DNA from: a virus
Direction: 5' to 3' (one strand)
DNA: 57,926 bases
IMG/VR virus record: IMGVR_UViG_3300029305_004519
Coordinates: 77,541-135,466 of that record
The position numbers and the translations under genes are program-made. Shown here in pieces: positions 40,001-51,285 of this stretch. The notes beneath the pieces are model-generated. The model was not told the origin of the DNA, searched no databases, and worked only from the letters and a program-made list of their open reading frames with translations. Numbering within the stretch: the stretch's first letter is position 1; the number at the start of each line of letters is the position of its first letter.

Positions 40001-42285
40001 CTCATATTAGCATTGGAGATTCTGTATATATCACAGGCATTATTACAGATAGGGATGCGGCACCAGGTATTCCAATGTCTATTACAGCTTATGGTATTGT
40101 AATAGCTATTGATAATGAGGGTGACGACAAAACGATTACAATGCAAAATACAAGGTATATAACTAGTGGTGGTCAAGGAGATAAAGGCGCGGATGGAGCT
40201 GATGGTAAAGATGGGGCAGATGGAGCCGATGGCAAAGACGGCGATCCAGGAAAAACCATTGAAACAAAATATGCCTACTATCGTTCGAATAGCTCTACTG
40301 CGCCAACATCTAAGCCTTGGGCAAATGGATGGCAACAAACTCCTTTAGGAGTTACGTATGATAATCGCTATGAATACGTGTCTTAGGCTACGGTGACAGA
40401 TGGAGAAGAGGGAACATGGTCTACTCCAACATTATGGAGCAAATTTAGTGTGGATGGTACGTCTGTAACTATTGAGTCGGGATATCCTCAATATCTTGTA
40501 ACAGATAGCGCGGACACACCTGGCGATGATCAACTATGGCAATCTTCATGGAATGCGATTAAAGATTAGATTGGCCCAGGTAAATATGTATGGACTTGGA
40601 TAAAATATTCAGACGGCACATCAACAAAAACAGCTTCATATCAGGGAGATAAAGGAGACAAGGGAACTGCTGGAGATACTGTGATATCGGAAACTAAATG
40701 GGCTTATTTAGGTTCTGATACGATGATTTCAGATTTCACAAATTATCCAATTAATAATATTGCTAGTTCGACGCAAGATAATCCTTCTCTTGGTAGTTAT
40801 TGGAAATGGGAAAAACCTAGTCAAACATATGTTTATAAACGTAGCATTGTTAAAAAAACTACTAAAACTTCGACGCAAACAACTTTTACTTGGAATGAAA
40901 CTGAATGGAGTGCCCCAATATTACATTCATTTCGAGGAAATACTAATTCTAGTTACTTAAACAGTGTTAATATTTTTGATGCATTAACAGCGGGCGGCGA
41001 GAAGCAGGGCATTTATTATGCTAATGATAAGGGAGAAGCGGTTTCTGCTGCTGAATTTGATCCTTCTAACCATAAAATGTATTTAAATGCTACATATATT
41101 AAGGCTGGAGAGATAACCTCAGATTTTATTAATACTAAGGATCTGTAGGCTGAAAAAATTTTAGTAACAGATGGTAATAATAATATTCTTTTATCAGCAG
41201 ATGGAAGAACAAATAAAGAAGGAGAATTAATAGCTGAAAATCCAGTTATTATAGGCGGTTTTAATGTTGGTGAAAAATATTTACGCTCAAACTCGGCTGT
41301 GACAATGGAGAATCCTCAAGCTGATAGTGTATATCTAGGCACAGATGGCATTAGTTTAGGCTCAAATTTTAGCGTAAATGCAGATGGTGCTATGACTGCT
41401 AAGAGCGGTACTATTGGTGGTTGGAATATTCAACCAGAAAAATTATCGGCTAATAATGTAACTTTATGGGCTAAAGGAACTCCATATGGCACGAATATGT
41501 CCCCTTTACGTTTTAGTGCAGGATTTAGATCCTCAAGTGCTTTACCATCATTTACTTCGGGAGACTATATAGAAGGGCAAGAACACTATAATGCTTTCGG
41601 TCCTTTTCTTAGTGGTGACTTACCCTATGATGTAATGAGAACTATTTATATTACAGATTCAAAGATTACTGGTAAATTTAATCCTGATACTCAATATCTT
41701 ACTCTTACTAACTTGCAAGCTTATTTAAGTTCTGATGATAGTGAACCATTAACATATGATTGGTCTGATATTGATATAATATCTTCTATTATTAATATTG
41801 TTAAAGTTGCAAAGAATTCATCTGGGGATCTAATAATTACTGCTCGTTTTTATGAAAATGCAGATATTATAGGTTTTGGAGAAGAGGATGGAAGAACAAT
41901 TACTTGCAAAGCTACTTTTCAAATCACAAATATGTTTCCTTTTGCTGTAACCGAGAATGGAGAAGCGTATTTGAATCAAGGCCATTTGGGAGGCCAAGGA
42001 TCTATAGGGGATTGGGAATATAAAGGAAGTATTTTATATTCAGATGATTATAATATGATAGGATAGTTAGAGAAAGGAACTGGTTTTCAAAGTCCTTGTA
42101 GCGGAGCGTATTCAATAGCAGTAGGATACACAACCCATGAAACCTGGGCAGGCGCGCCATTTAGAGTAAAGCACACTGGAGAAGTATATTGCGACAATGG
42201 ATTATACTTAAAAGGAGATAATGGAAGCACTTATAAGATTTCGGTAAATGCAAATGGCTCCTTGGTTGCAGCAATTCAATAGTAA
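37018..42285 (+). CDS. Giant tail fibre / receptor-binding protein (about 1,755 codons, about 20 TAG) with collagen-like Gly-X-Y repeats and a poly-Glu run
   Basis: Frame 1 is continuous from ATG 37018 through track ORFs 37282, 37999, 38488, 40075, 40681 and 41299. Collagen-like repeat GDKGADGADGKDGADGADGKDGDPGKT at about 40180-40260. Ends at TAG-TAA 42280-42285. Confidence 0.6.
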
Positions 42286-42402
42286 TATAAAAAATTAATA
42301 TCAAATTAAGATAATCGTATTATCACAAAAATAATATATTTATAGATCAAGGGGGATTGTAAAATCTCCCTTGAGACTTATTAAGATAGGAGGTTATAAA
42401 AC

Positions 42403-42735
42403 ATGGTAATTCAAAAAAATTGTAACTTTGTTACGAATACCAATGCTCCTATTGTATCAAAAATATTTACCAACGCAACTGGAGATGTCTTGACACTTCA
42501 AATCTCTGGCGCAAATGGGGTATATCATCTTGAAGGACGCAATAATTCTAACGGAGATTGGTTCCCATTAGCAGCAATTAATCTAAGTAACTTTGCCGCA
42601 GTAAAAGGCAGTTTTACAACACCTGGTATTTACGAAATTGGCATTGTGGGTATTAGAGAGTTGCGCGCACGCGTAGAGTCTGCGGAAGGTAATGTCTCAA
42701 TGTTTGGTCAAATAATTAGTACGGAGGAAACTTGA
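42403..42735 (+). CDS. Hypothetical tail protein (110 aa)
   Basis: ORF track entry. GGAGG Shine-Dalgarno. Confidence 0.5.
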   Translation: MVIQKNCNFVTNTNAPIVSKIFTNATGDVLTLQISGANGVYHLEGRNNSNGDWFPLAAINLSNFAAVKGSFTTPGIYEIGIVGIRELRARVESAEGNVSMFGQIISTEET

Positions 42736-42736
42736 C

Positions 42737-43633
42737 ATGGCAATAGATATTATTGCAAGGGGTCTTGCTTCGTCACTAATTGGCGCCGATGGTAGAGTTG
42801 ATGCAACAAAAATGCCAACCTTGTCAATTCCTGTTGGAGGATAGTTTACACCTCTTGGAGGTATTACTGATATTAATCAGCTACAAGGGAAGACGGCAGA
42901 AGAAATTTTATTAGCTTTATTTTTTGGTCTGGTTCAGCCCACCTTAACTGAGCCTGCTTTTTCAGTAGAGTTAATAAATGATTCTATTCTTATTGCTTAT
43001 CAATCACAAACTCTTGAAGGCGTATTAAAATTTGATCAAGGTCTAATTTGTGCGACCGATGGTTCAAAACTGCCGCGCGCGGGCGCCCCTGAAAAATATA
43101 CGGTCAATGATACAGAGATTATTAATTCTGGCCTAAATGTGCCTTTTACAATAGTATTAACGCCTACTTTAGGAGAGAATATAATCACTGCTACCGTATC
43201 TTTCGCAGAGGGAAAATAGCCCGTAGACAGTTTGGGGAATCCTTATGGCACCCCTTATCCCGCTGGAACTTTAAGCACTTAGATTGTTATTACTGGAATA
43301 AGTTCACTTACTACTGAAGATAATCAAGTTATTGACTTTGTTTATTTTACAGAAGAAGATGGCGGCGGCTATTAGGCTATTATTGCTGCCGAGATTGGTG
43401 ATACAAAGCAGTCATTTAAGGTACTTAAAAATACTCCAGTACTTGGGATAAAGCAGTTTAATCCTTTGTCTCAATAGTGGGAGTGGATCGGAGGTAGCGC
43501 AGAGGCCTCATTGAAGACTTTTGATGCAACTGAAATATAGGGAGAAACCCCTGAAACTACTTATATTGTTTATATTCATAATGGCTCAATTAAGGGTTAG
43601 CGTGAATTAAGACTATATACAATTATAGAATAA
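42737..43633 (+). CDS. Hypothetical tail protein (298 codons, 7 TAG)
   Basis: GGAGGAAA Shine-Dalgarno. Frame 2 runs to TAA 43631-43633. Confidence 0.45.
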
Positions 43634-43650
43634 TAAGGGGGAATATACTT

Positions 43651-44004
43651 ATGCAAAGAGAATTTGGCACTTTCCCCGTAGCGGCCAACTATGAGCCTTA
43701 GGTGGGCGCCCCTTTTGATGCTAGATCTTTGGTTAAAACTAAAGAAGCATTAATACAAAGTGCCACATGGCTACAGCCTGATGGGGGAATGTATATTTAT
43801 TCGGGTATGTTAGTTGTTGTTTGGAATGATACAGAATCTAATAATGGTTTATATATTTTAAACAATAGTAATAATTATTCATTGGAGTCCAGTTGGACAA
43901 AGCTAGTTAATATTTCATAGCTAGCAGAACTATAGGCGCAAGTTAATAATTTACTAACGCTGGATAAGGTTCAAATAATTGATGGAGGAGGTGCGGCTGG
44001 ATAA
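43651..44004 (+). CDS. Hypothetical protein (117 codons, 3 TAG)
   Basis: AAGGGGG Shine-Dalgarno. TAATG overlap with the next gene. Confidence 0.45.
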
Positions 44005-45125
44005 TGCAAGATAGATTTAAAACAATAATTATTTTAAGAAATGATTCTTCTGCAAACTGGCTCGCAAATCCGAATACCCTTCTGCAGCGCGGTGAGGTTG
44101 GTTTAGAGTTCCTTGATAACGGCAACGTGAAAATGAAAATAGGCGACGGTATTCGAGTATGGACTACATTACCATACTTTGGAGGCGAAGCCGCAGATGT
44201 TTCAGAAGCTATTGCAGAGTTAGAGACTCAAGTTGGTAAATTAAATACAGATATTCTAGCACTTATTACACGTATGACGACTGTAGAGAATAAACTATAG
44301 GATGTTTATACAAAAGCAGAAGTTGATAGTTTATTATCTTCAATTTATCGAGTAAAAGGTTCTGTAAATACAGTAACAGAGTTGCCCACTGATCCTGCAA
44401 TTGGAGATGTTTACAATATCATATCTGCTGATATTACCACTGGCATTAATGCTGGCGATAATGTTGTTTGGAATGGCTAGGCGTGGGACCGCTTGGGTGG
44501 CAGTATTGATTTAACTGCTTACACTTTGAAAAGTGACTTTAATAAACTTGTTGCTACAACGAAAAAGATTAAATATGAAGTGATGACTCTGCCTAAGGGC
44601 GCCCAAGTAGACTACGATAGAGAAAAAGAAATTAGAGTATTCTGTCCGAAGGATACTGTATGGACTTTTTAGACGCCTGGCGCCACTGATAATCCTAATA
44701 TGCATTATATGCAATTTAGAGCATATGCTCCCGAAGGAGCGGTCAGCTTTAAAGAAGACGACAAAAATCATATTGAAGATGATACAATGTATTATTTTGA
44801 TGATGATTTTGCGGGGATTGACCAGTATGGTAGAAAATATAGCGTTTTATAGTTAGCTCTTGCTAATTATAATGATGCTACTCAAACTTGGACTTATTAC
44901 GGAAAAAACTCTTCGGTTAAAAAATTTATCGGATGGTTTTATTCTGTTGAATGGTATGATGAAAATGGTTAGATCATTGGATCAGATACCATTCGTATTA
45001 ATTTAACAAATGAAGATTGTCACACTGCAATTGAGCCATATTATATGGGTTCAATTGATATTGAGAAGCTTGTTCAAAAAGATGGACATGAATTAATTCT
45101 CAATAGTGGGACAGCTTTAATTTAA
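44004..45125 (+). CDS. Tail fibre protein with a HylP-like fibre N-terminal domain (373 codons, 5 TAG)
   Basis: The N-terminus ILRNDSSANW...LLQRGEVGLEF...KIGDGIRVWTTLPYFGG matches the conserved N-terminal module of phage tail fibres and prophage hyaluronidases. Confidence 0.6.
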
Positions 45126-45154
45126 AATATTTTATTTTTTGGAGGTAAATTAAA

Positions 45155-46789
45155 ATGACTAATACCACTTTTAATACTCGCATTCTGTTGAAGTATGACC
45201 TGTATACGAATTGGACTACTATCAATCCCGTATTAAAGGCCGGTGAGGTTGCAATTGCAACTATTCCTGCGGCTGAGGGTGCAACTTCTTTAAACCACAA
45301 CAGCGTTACTCTTCCTCAGGTTTTAATTAAGGTTGGTGACGGAACTTCTCATTATAACACGTTGCCTTTTGCTAGCGCACTTGCGGCAGATGTGTATCCT
45401 TGGGCAAAAGAGAGTCTTGAGCAATTTAATACTCGAGTTGGGGATCTGGTTAGAGGTTTAACTTATGTAAAAGCAGATCTGTATAACAAGAGTGAAATCG
45501 ATGCTTTCTTAGCTCAGTATTATAAGAAGACTGAAATTGATGCATTGACAGGCTCATTGACAGACCTGAATACAACAAATAAAAACAATTTAGTTGCTGC
45601 AATTAATGAAGCCCTTCAAGCTGTTGAAGTTGGTGGTACAGGCTCTGTTGTTAGTGTTGTAAAAGAAGATACTCCTACTGAAGGATCTCAAGCTACCTAT
45701 AAAGTAACTCAGGGTGGTAACACTGTTGGAGTGAAAATTGAAATTCCTCAAGGCTATGATGAAACTGCGCTAGCAGGTCGTGTAAGCGCCATTGAGGGAG
45801 ACTACGTCAAGGCAGCAAATATCGCTGATTTTGCTACTCGTACAGAGGCAGAGGGCTATGCCAATGCTAAAGACGAGGCTATTGCAGCTGCTAAGAAAGC
45901 CGGCGACGATGCCCAGGCAGATGTGGATGCATTAGCTGATCTGGTAGGAACTTTACCTGAAGGCGCAACTGAAACTACGGTTGTTGACTATATTAATGCT
46001 AAAACTGCTAACATTGCTTCTAATGATACAGTTAATGGCATTGATGAAAGATTGGCCGCAGTGGAAGGTGACTACTTAAAGACTGCTGATAAAACTGCAC
46101 TGCAAGAGCAAATTACAGCTAATGCAAATGCAATTACTACTTTAACTAATGGCGTAGACCCTGAAAAGATTGACGGTCTTAATGACTTAGTTGAATGGGC
46201 TGATACGCATGCTCCTGAAGTTGCTAGTATTAAAGAAGATATTGAAGCAAATACTACTGCAATTGAAGCTGAAGTAACTAGAGCTACTGGCGCAGAAGAA
46301 GCGCTTGCTGGTCGCGTTAAGAATTTAGAGGATAATACAGCAGGCTATGCAACGACTACTGAAGTAGCTACTGCAAAACAAGAGGCTATTGATGCTGCTG
46401 CTGGAGATGCAACTACCAAGGCTAATAAGGCTTTAGAAGATGCACAAGCAGACGCGGCAGAAAAATATGAGCTTAAGGGCGTTGCTCAAGGCCTTGTTGA
46501 TGGATTGGGCGCAACTTATGAAACCATTAATGGCGCTGCTGGTAAGTATGCAACTATTGAGAATCATAATGCCCTTGCAGAGCGCGTTACTGCAACTGAA
46601 GGTGTTGCAAACGCAGCATCGGCAAAAGCTAACGCAAATGAAACTGCTTTCAATGAATATAAAACTGCTAATGATGCTGCTGTGGCATTGAAGGCCGATA
46701 AGACAGAGTTGTTCTCTGGTAAAATTGATGATTTAACTCAAGACAACTATATTATTCTTTATTGTGGCACTGCAGAAGAAGTAATGTAA
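45155..46789 (+). CDS. Tail fibre protein (544 aa; same N-terminal module, then a long Ala-rich coiled coil; no TAG)
   Basis: ORF track entry. RILLKYDLYTNW...GEVAIA...KVGDGTSHYNTLPF. Confidence 0.6.
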   Translation: MTNTTFNTRILLKYDLYTNWTTINPVLKAGEVAIATIPAAEGATSLNHNSVTLPQVLIKVGDGTSHYNTLPFASALAADVYPWAKESLEQFNTRVGDLVRGLTYVKADLYNKSEIDAFLAQYYKKTEIDALTGSLTDLNTTNKNNLVAAINEALQAVEVGGTGSVVSVVKEDTPTEGSQATYKVTQGGNTVGVKIEIPQGYDETALAGRVSAIEGDYVKAANIADFATRTEAEGYANAKDEAIAAAKKAGDDAQADVDALADLVGTLPEGATETTVVDYINAKTANIASNDTVNGIDERLAAVEGDYLKTADKTALQEQITANANAITTLTNGVDPEKIDGLNDLVEWADTHAPEVASIKEDIEANTTAIEAEVTRATGAEEALAGRVKNLEDNTAGYATTTEVATAKQEAIDAAAGDATTKANKALEDAQADAAEKYELKGVAQGLVDGLGATYETINGAAGKYATIENHNALAERVTATEGVANAASAKANANETAFNEYKTANDAAVALKADKTELFSGKIDDLTQDNYIILYCGTAEEVM

Positions 46790-46913
46790 GTTTATATTTC
46801 TGACAAGAGGCGCAATACCCTATCTGCGCCTCTTGTTTAAGTTTTATATTAGAAGAATCTGAAAAGAGATGGATTCGATTATGACGCTCTTTTGAAAGGA
46901 GAAGAAAGAGATT

Positions 46914-47150
46914 ATGGCTAATAATAAACAAATACAAGCGCGTATTTTAATGAAACACGATACTACTGCACATTGGGACGCGGCAGTAAATTTCATTCCA
47001 AAATTAGGAGAAATTATTATTTACAGTGATGATCCTCGTCAATTAAAAATTGGAGATGGAGTTACAACTGTAAGTAACTTGCTATTCATGACAGATGCAA
47101 TGGCTTTAACTAATGAAGATATTGACCAATTATTTGAAACTGAAACTTAA
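46914..47150 (+). CDS. Short protein (78 aa) consisting of only the fibre N-terminal module
   Basis: RILMKHDTTAHW...GEIIIY...KIGDGVTTVSNL. Confidence 0.5.
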   Translation: MANNKQIQARILMKHDTTAHWDAAVNFIPKLGEIIIYSDDPRQLKIGDGVTTVSNLLFMTDAMALTNEDIDQLFETET

Positions 47151-47161
47151 GGAGGATAGCT

Positions 47162-47782
47162 ATGGATTATAAAAACAAGCTGTGCTCCGGTGAAAATTTA
47201 GAGTATTTAATCTCTAAACTTAGAGTGTGGATTACAGAAATTACTCAAATTCAAGCAGACTGGGCGAAAACAGATGAGCTTGCAATGGATTATATAGAGA
47301 ATAAACCTTCTATTGATCCGGGTGATGGAGAACGATCATTAATTGCTGGTAATAATACTTCAGCAACTGGACAATATAGTATTGCTGTTGGACAAAATTG
47401 CGCTGCGAGCGGAATAGCTAGTGTTGCCGGCGGAGCAGGGTCGGCCGCCCTAGGAGACTTTTCTCATGCACTAGGCGTATCTGCATAGGCTGTTTCTAAG
47501 GGTAGTACAGCAATAGGTTATCTTACTTCAGCAGGTTGTCGTGGATATTATATGACTGCAATTGATACTGCTCATTCTATGATCTATATTGATACCGTAT
47601 AGAATAATAACCCTCATCTAGGCACTGATTTTAATAGCGATGGAACTACGCCAGATACTGCTTATTGGAATACATCTTTTGATGCCCCTCAATGGACTCT
47701 TGAGTCTACGGATGCTGCAGGAGAAATTGGAGATACCACTCTAAGTGAAGCGAATTTAAAAAAATTGCTTGCTTTATTATAA
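47162..47782 (+). CDS. Hypothetical fibre-associated protein (206 codons, 2 TAG)
   Basis: AAGGAGG Shine-Dalgarno. Confidence 0.45.
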
Positions 47783-47800
47783 AAGGAGGCTTTATTATAA

Positions 47801-50329
47801 ATGAAATTTGATAATAAACATTTTGTTTCGGGAGAAAATTTGCAGCATTATAATGAGCAAATTCAAGACCGATTAAATGATAAGGTAGATATTAAAGACT
47901 ATCCCTCAATAAAACAAGGGGAAGGAGAAAATAGTATTATTGCAAATGATATTGCAATTAATCAAGCAATAGGAGATAACTCTATAGCGTTTGGTACGAA
48001 TACATTGGCAGGCGCCAAGGGCTATTACTATTAGGCAATTGATACTACAAATAAAAAAATTTATTTAAGTCATGAGTAGATTCTATATCCTGTAATCACC
48101 ACAGAAGATTTGACTGATACTACTTTTGATACCCCGGCCTATGAGGTCGGACGCAAGTTTTGCATTATAAATAATAGCAAGTCTAACATGATTGCTAGCA
48201 TTGTTAGCATAGAAAATAATGTTATAACTTATGATGTGCCTCTTTCAATCTTTGACAATGGAATTGTTGAGATTCAAGCAGATTATATCGAACCAGACGA
48301 TTATGCTTTATATGTTCCAGAACAAGCTAGTATAGGTGAGGTTACTGTTAAATTAAATGCAGTTGCTCTTGGAAATGGATCTATTGCGGCAGGTAATGAA
48401 GCTTATGCATCTGGTAGAGCTTCGTTAGCATATGGTGATTATGCATATGTTGAAGGCTATGGTTCACGAGCTGCATATGCGGCACATGCTGAAGGAGTTC
48501 GTACAATTGCAGAATCTCAATGTCACTCTGAAGGGTATGAGACTTAGGCGCTAAAAGCATTCTCTCATGCAGAAGGTTATGGTAGCGTTGCAGGCATGAA
48601 TCGCGCCCATGCAGAAGGTAGTTTAACATATGCGCTTGGAATTGCTGCTCACGCAGAGGGCTAGACTACTGTTGCAGAAGGGCAAGGCTCCCACGCAGAA
48701 GGAACTGAAACTTATGCTAAAGGCAAACATGCGCACGCCGAAGGGTATTTAAGTCAGGCCCAAGCAGAAAGCTCACATGCTGAAGGATATTTAGCCATAG
48801 CTAGTGGTATTTAGGCCCATGCGGAAGGTAACTAGAGTGTTGCTAGCGGCTAGGGCGCCCATGCAGAAAACTATGGAAATACTGCAAGTGGTAAATATTC
48901 ACATGCTGAGGGAGTAAGAACTATTGCCTCAGGTCGAGCTGCACATGCAGAAGGAGAGAACTCTTAGGCTGTAGGAGAGAGATCTCATGCTGAGGGATAT
49001 CAAGCTACCGCCTATGGAAAAGGATCTCATGCTGAAGGACAATCTTTGAATAAAGCATTGACTGTTTTAGAAGGAGTAGAGTTAGACGCTTCTAAAATTA
49101 TTGAAAAATGGAATGAGAGTAAATTTAATTTAGCTTTAGGAGAGTATGCTCATACTGAAGGACTTAATACTTTAGCTTTAAACAAGGCTGCTCATGCAGA
49201 AGGATCTGATACCAATGCTGAAGGAGCTTACTCCCACGCTGAGGGAGTAGGATTTGCTTCTGAATCCTACACAGTAGGCTGGGGGGAGGAGGCTTATGAT
49301 GTTTCGATAGAATTTCAAGGAGCGGCTCGAGGTTTAGCCAGCCATGTCGAAGGAAACGCCACAGTGGCCTCTGGAGATTATTCTCATGCCGAGGGGGTCA
49401 GTTTCTTATTTGCAGAGGAAGGACTCCGTGGAGTACAACAAACAGAAGCTCGGGGGTATGGTGCCCATGCAGAGGGACAAGGAACTTTAGCCATTGGAGA
49501 TTATTCTCATGTTGAAGGAGGCCTTGGCGATGGAGACGATGAAGAATTTGATGGTTCTAAAAGAAGAACTAAGGCGGAAGGAATAAAGTCTCATGCTGAA
49601 GGTTCTGGTACCTGGGCGCTTGCAGATGCGGCTCATAGTGAAGGACATCATACAGCTGCGTCTGGAAAAGGTTCTCATGCTGAAGGTAGTGATACTTCTG
49701 CTAGCGGAGATTATTCTCATGCTGAAGGCTATAACACATAGGCTCTTGGTGAGGGCGCACACGCCGAGGGAAAAAGTTCTATTGCGAAGAATAATTATTC
49801 TCACGCAGAAGGCAACATGACAAGAGCAGAAGCTTCTTGTGGGCATGCAGAAGGTAATAACTGTAGAGTCGGCGCTTTTGATAGAGGTTCTGTAAGTGCA
49901 GGTGGTAATACTAGCGCAGGTGCGTATGGACATGCGGAAGGTAATGCGACTATTGCATCAGGAGTTGCTGCTCATGCTGAGGGTAAATTAACTTATGCAA
50001 GCGGAGAGGCTTCTCATGCGGAAGGTCTATCAACCATAGCCGAGGGAAAAGCATCTCATGCTGGAGGTGAATACTCAGAAGCTCGAAAGATTCATGCTTT
50101 TGCTCATGGTTTCCATGTTACAGCTGACGCCCCTCGGCAAGTAGTTGTAGGGTCATGGAATGTTCCAGATGAAGAAGCTTTGATGATAGTAGGAAATGGA
50201 CAAGATTTTGGCAGTAAAAACAATGCTTTTACGATATATCCTAATAGCATTAAAATTGGAAACGTTGAACTGACAGCTGAAAAGCTTCAAAAGTTAATTG
50301 ATTTTATTGACTCTGTTGAGTTGAATTGA
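47801..50329 (+). CDS. Repetitive beta-roll-like fibre/adhesin (842 codons, about 10 TAG) built from about 30 copies of a roughly 14-aa unit containing SHAEG
   Basis: Frame 2 is continuous through track ORFs 47801, 48110, 49046 and 49817. The repeat xAxGxxSHAEGxxT is reminiscent of YadA-head or Hep_Hag-type repeats. Confidence 0.6.
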
Positions 50330-50349
50330 AAGAAAGGAGTGGATAAAAT

Positions 50350-51285
50350 ATGAGTATAAATAATATTAATTTTAAAACTAATATTTTTACACAAGATAAC
50401 AAAGAAGTAAGTGGCATCAAACAAGTTGATGGATATGATGTTTTTGAAATTAATGGAGCTAGTCAATGGCCTATTGCAGTTAAAGATCATACCGATGAAC
50501 CAGCATTAATGAATAGACCTTTATTGGCATTTAGTGGCAAAAATTTGTTTTCCTTTGAAGATATGTTTTATGAATCTTGGGCTCCATAGGAAGATAATCC
50601 AGATTTAACTCAATATGGCTACAGACTCACAGATAATGCTTTATGGTTTATCGTTGTAGAAGATGTCTCTTTTGGTTTAAGTGGGACTATGCCCGCCAAG
50701 GGATTGCGTGGACGCACTATGACTTTCCATTGTGAAATACCGAATGGAGGCTGGATAGTGGAAGATTGGGATGGATCCGCTTATATATCCATTACAGCAG
50801 AGTTAGAAAATGGTAGTTAGTAGGTTATAATGTATGCAAACCTATATACCACTGATTATGAGGGTTTAAGTAGTAGTTTCGAAGAAGTTGTAAATACAAC
50901 TTTTACGATTCCTAATGAGACGTGTTTATTAAGGTTTGAATTCGCGACACAACATCCCGACGCACTACATTATCATTGGTAGGGCGAAATTACAAATGTT
51001 TCCTTAGAATTATCTGAAGAATTTAGCGGTTTTGAGAAACCAATAGTTGCACGATTTTATTATAATGGTATAACTGATGGACATTGGTCTACATGGCGTG
51101 CTGGATAGCCTTATAATTTACTATGGATACCTCTTGGCCTTCCTTGTACTGTTAGCTACATGAATGCAGATAGCGTGTTTAGTGAACCATTAAATACTTA
51201 TTGTAAGCAACCTTTTGCAGATATAAAATCATTGCAGTCTAGAGTTTCAGATATTGAATTTTATCTTTTTTAGCTGTTTAATTGA
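50350..51285 (+). CDS. Tail protein (311 codons, about 6 TAG) whose 3' end carries the CUU-UUU-UAG putative +1 frameshift site
   Basis: AAAGGAG Shine-Dalgarno. Frame 1 runs to TGA 51283-51285. In the zero frame the product ends ...YLF(TAG)LFN. Confidence 0.5.

Noticed and set aside
39739-40338. 199-aa minus-strand ORF inside the giant fibre gene (also 30020..30364, 49487..49933 and 52728..53030 inside other plus-strand genes)
   Set aside because: They are antisense to long coherent plus-strand frames. Translations are Cys/Ile/Phe-rich and low-complexity with no Shine-Dalgarno sites. The whole late region is transcribed rightward.
48400-50100. CRISPR-like array, because of the about 42-bp periodic DNA repeats
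   Set aside because: The repeats are in-frame coding repeats of the SHAEG fibre with no unique spacers. It is a tandem-repeat protein, not a CRISPR array.
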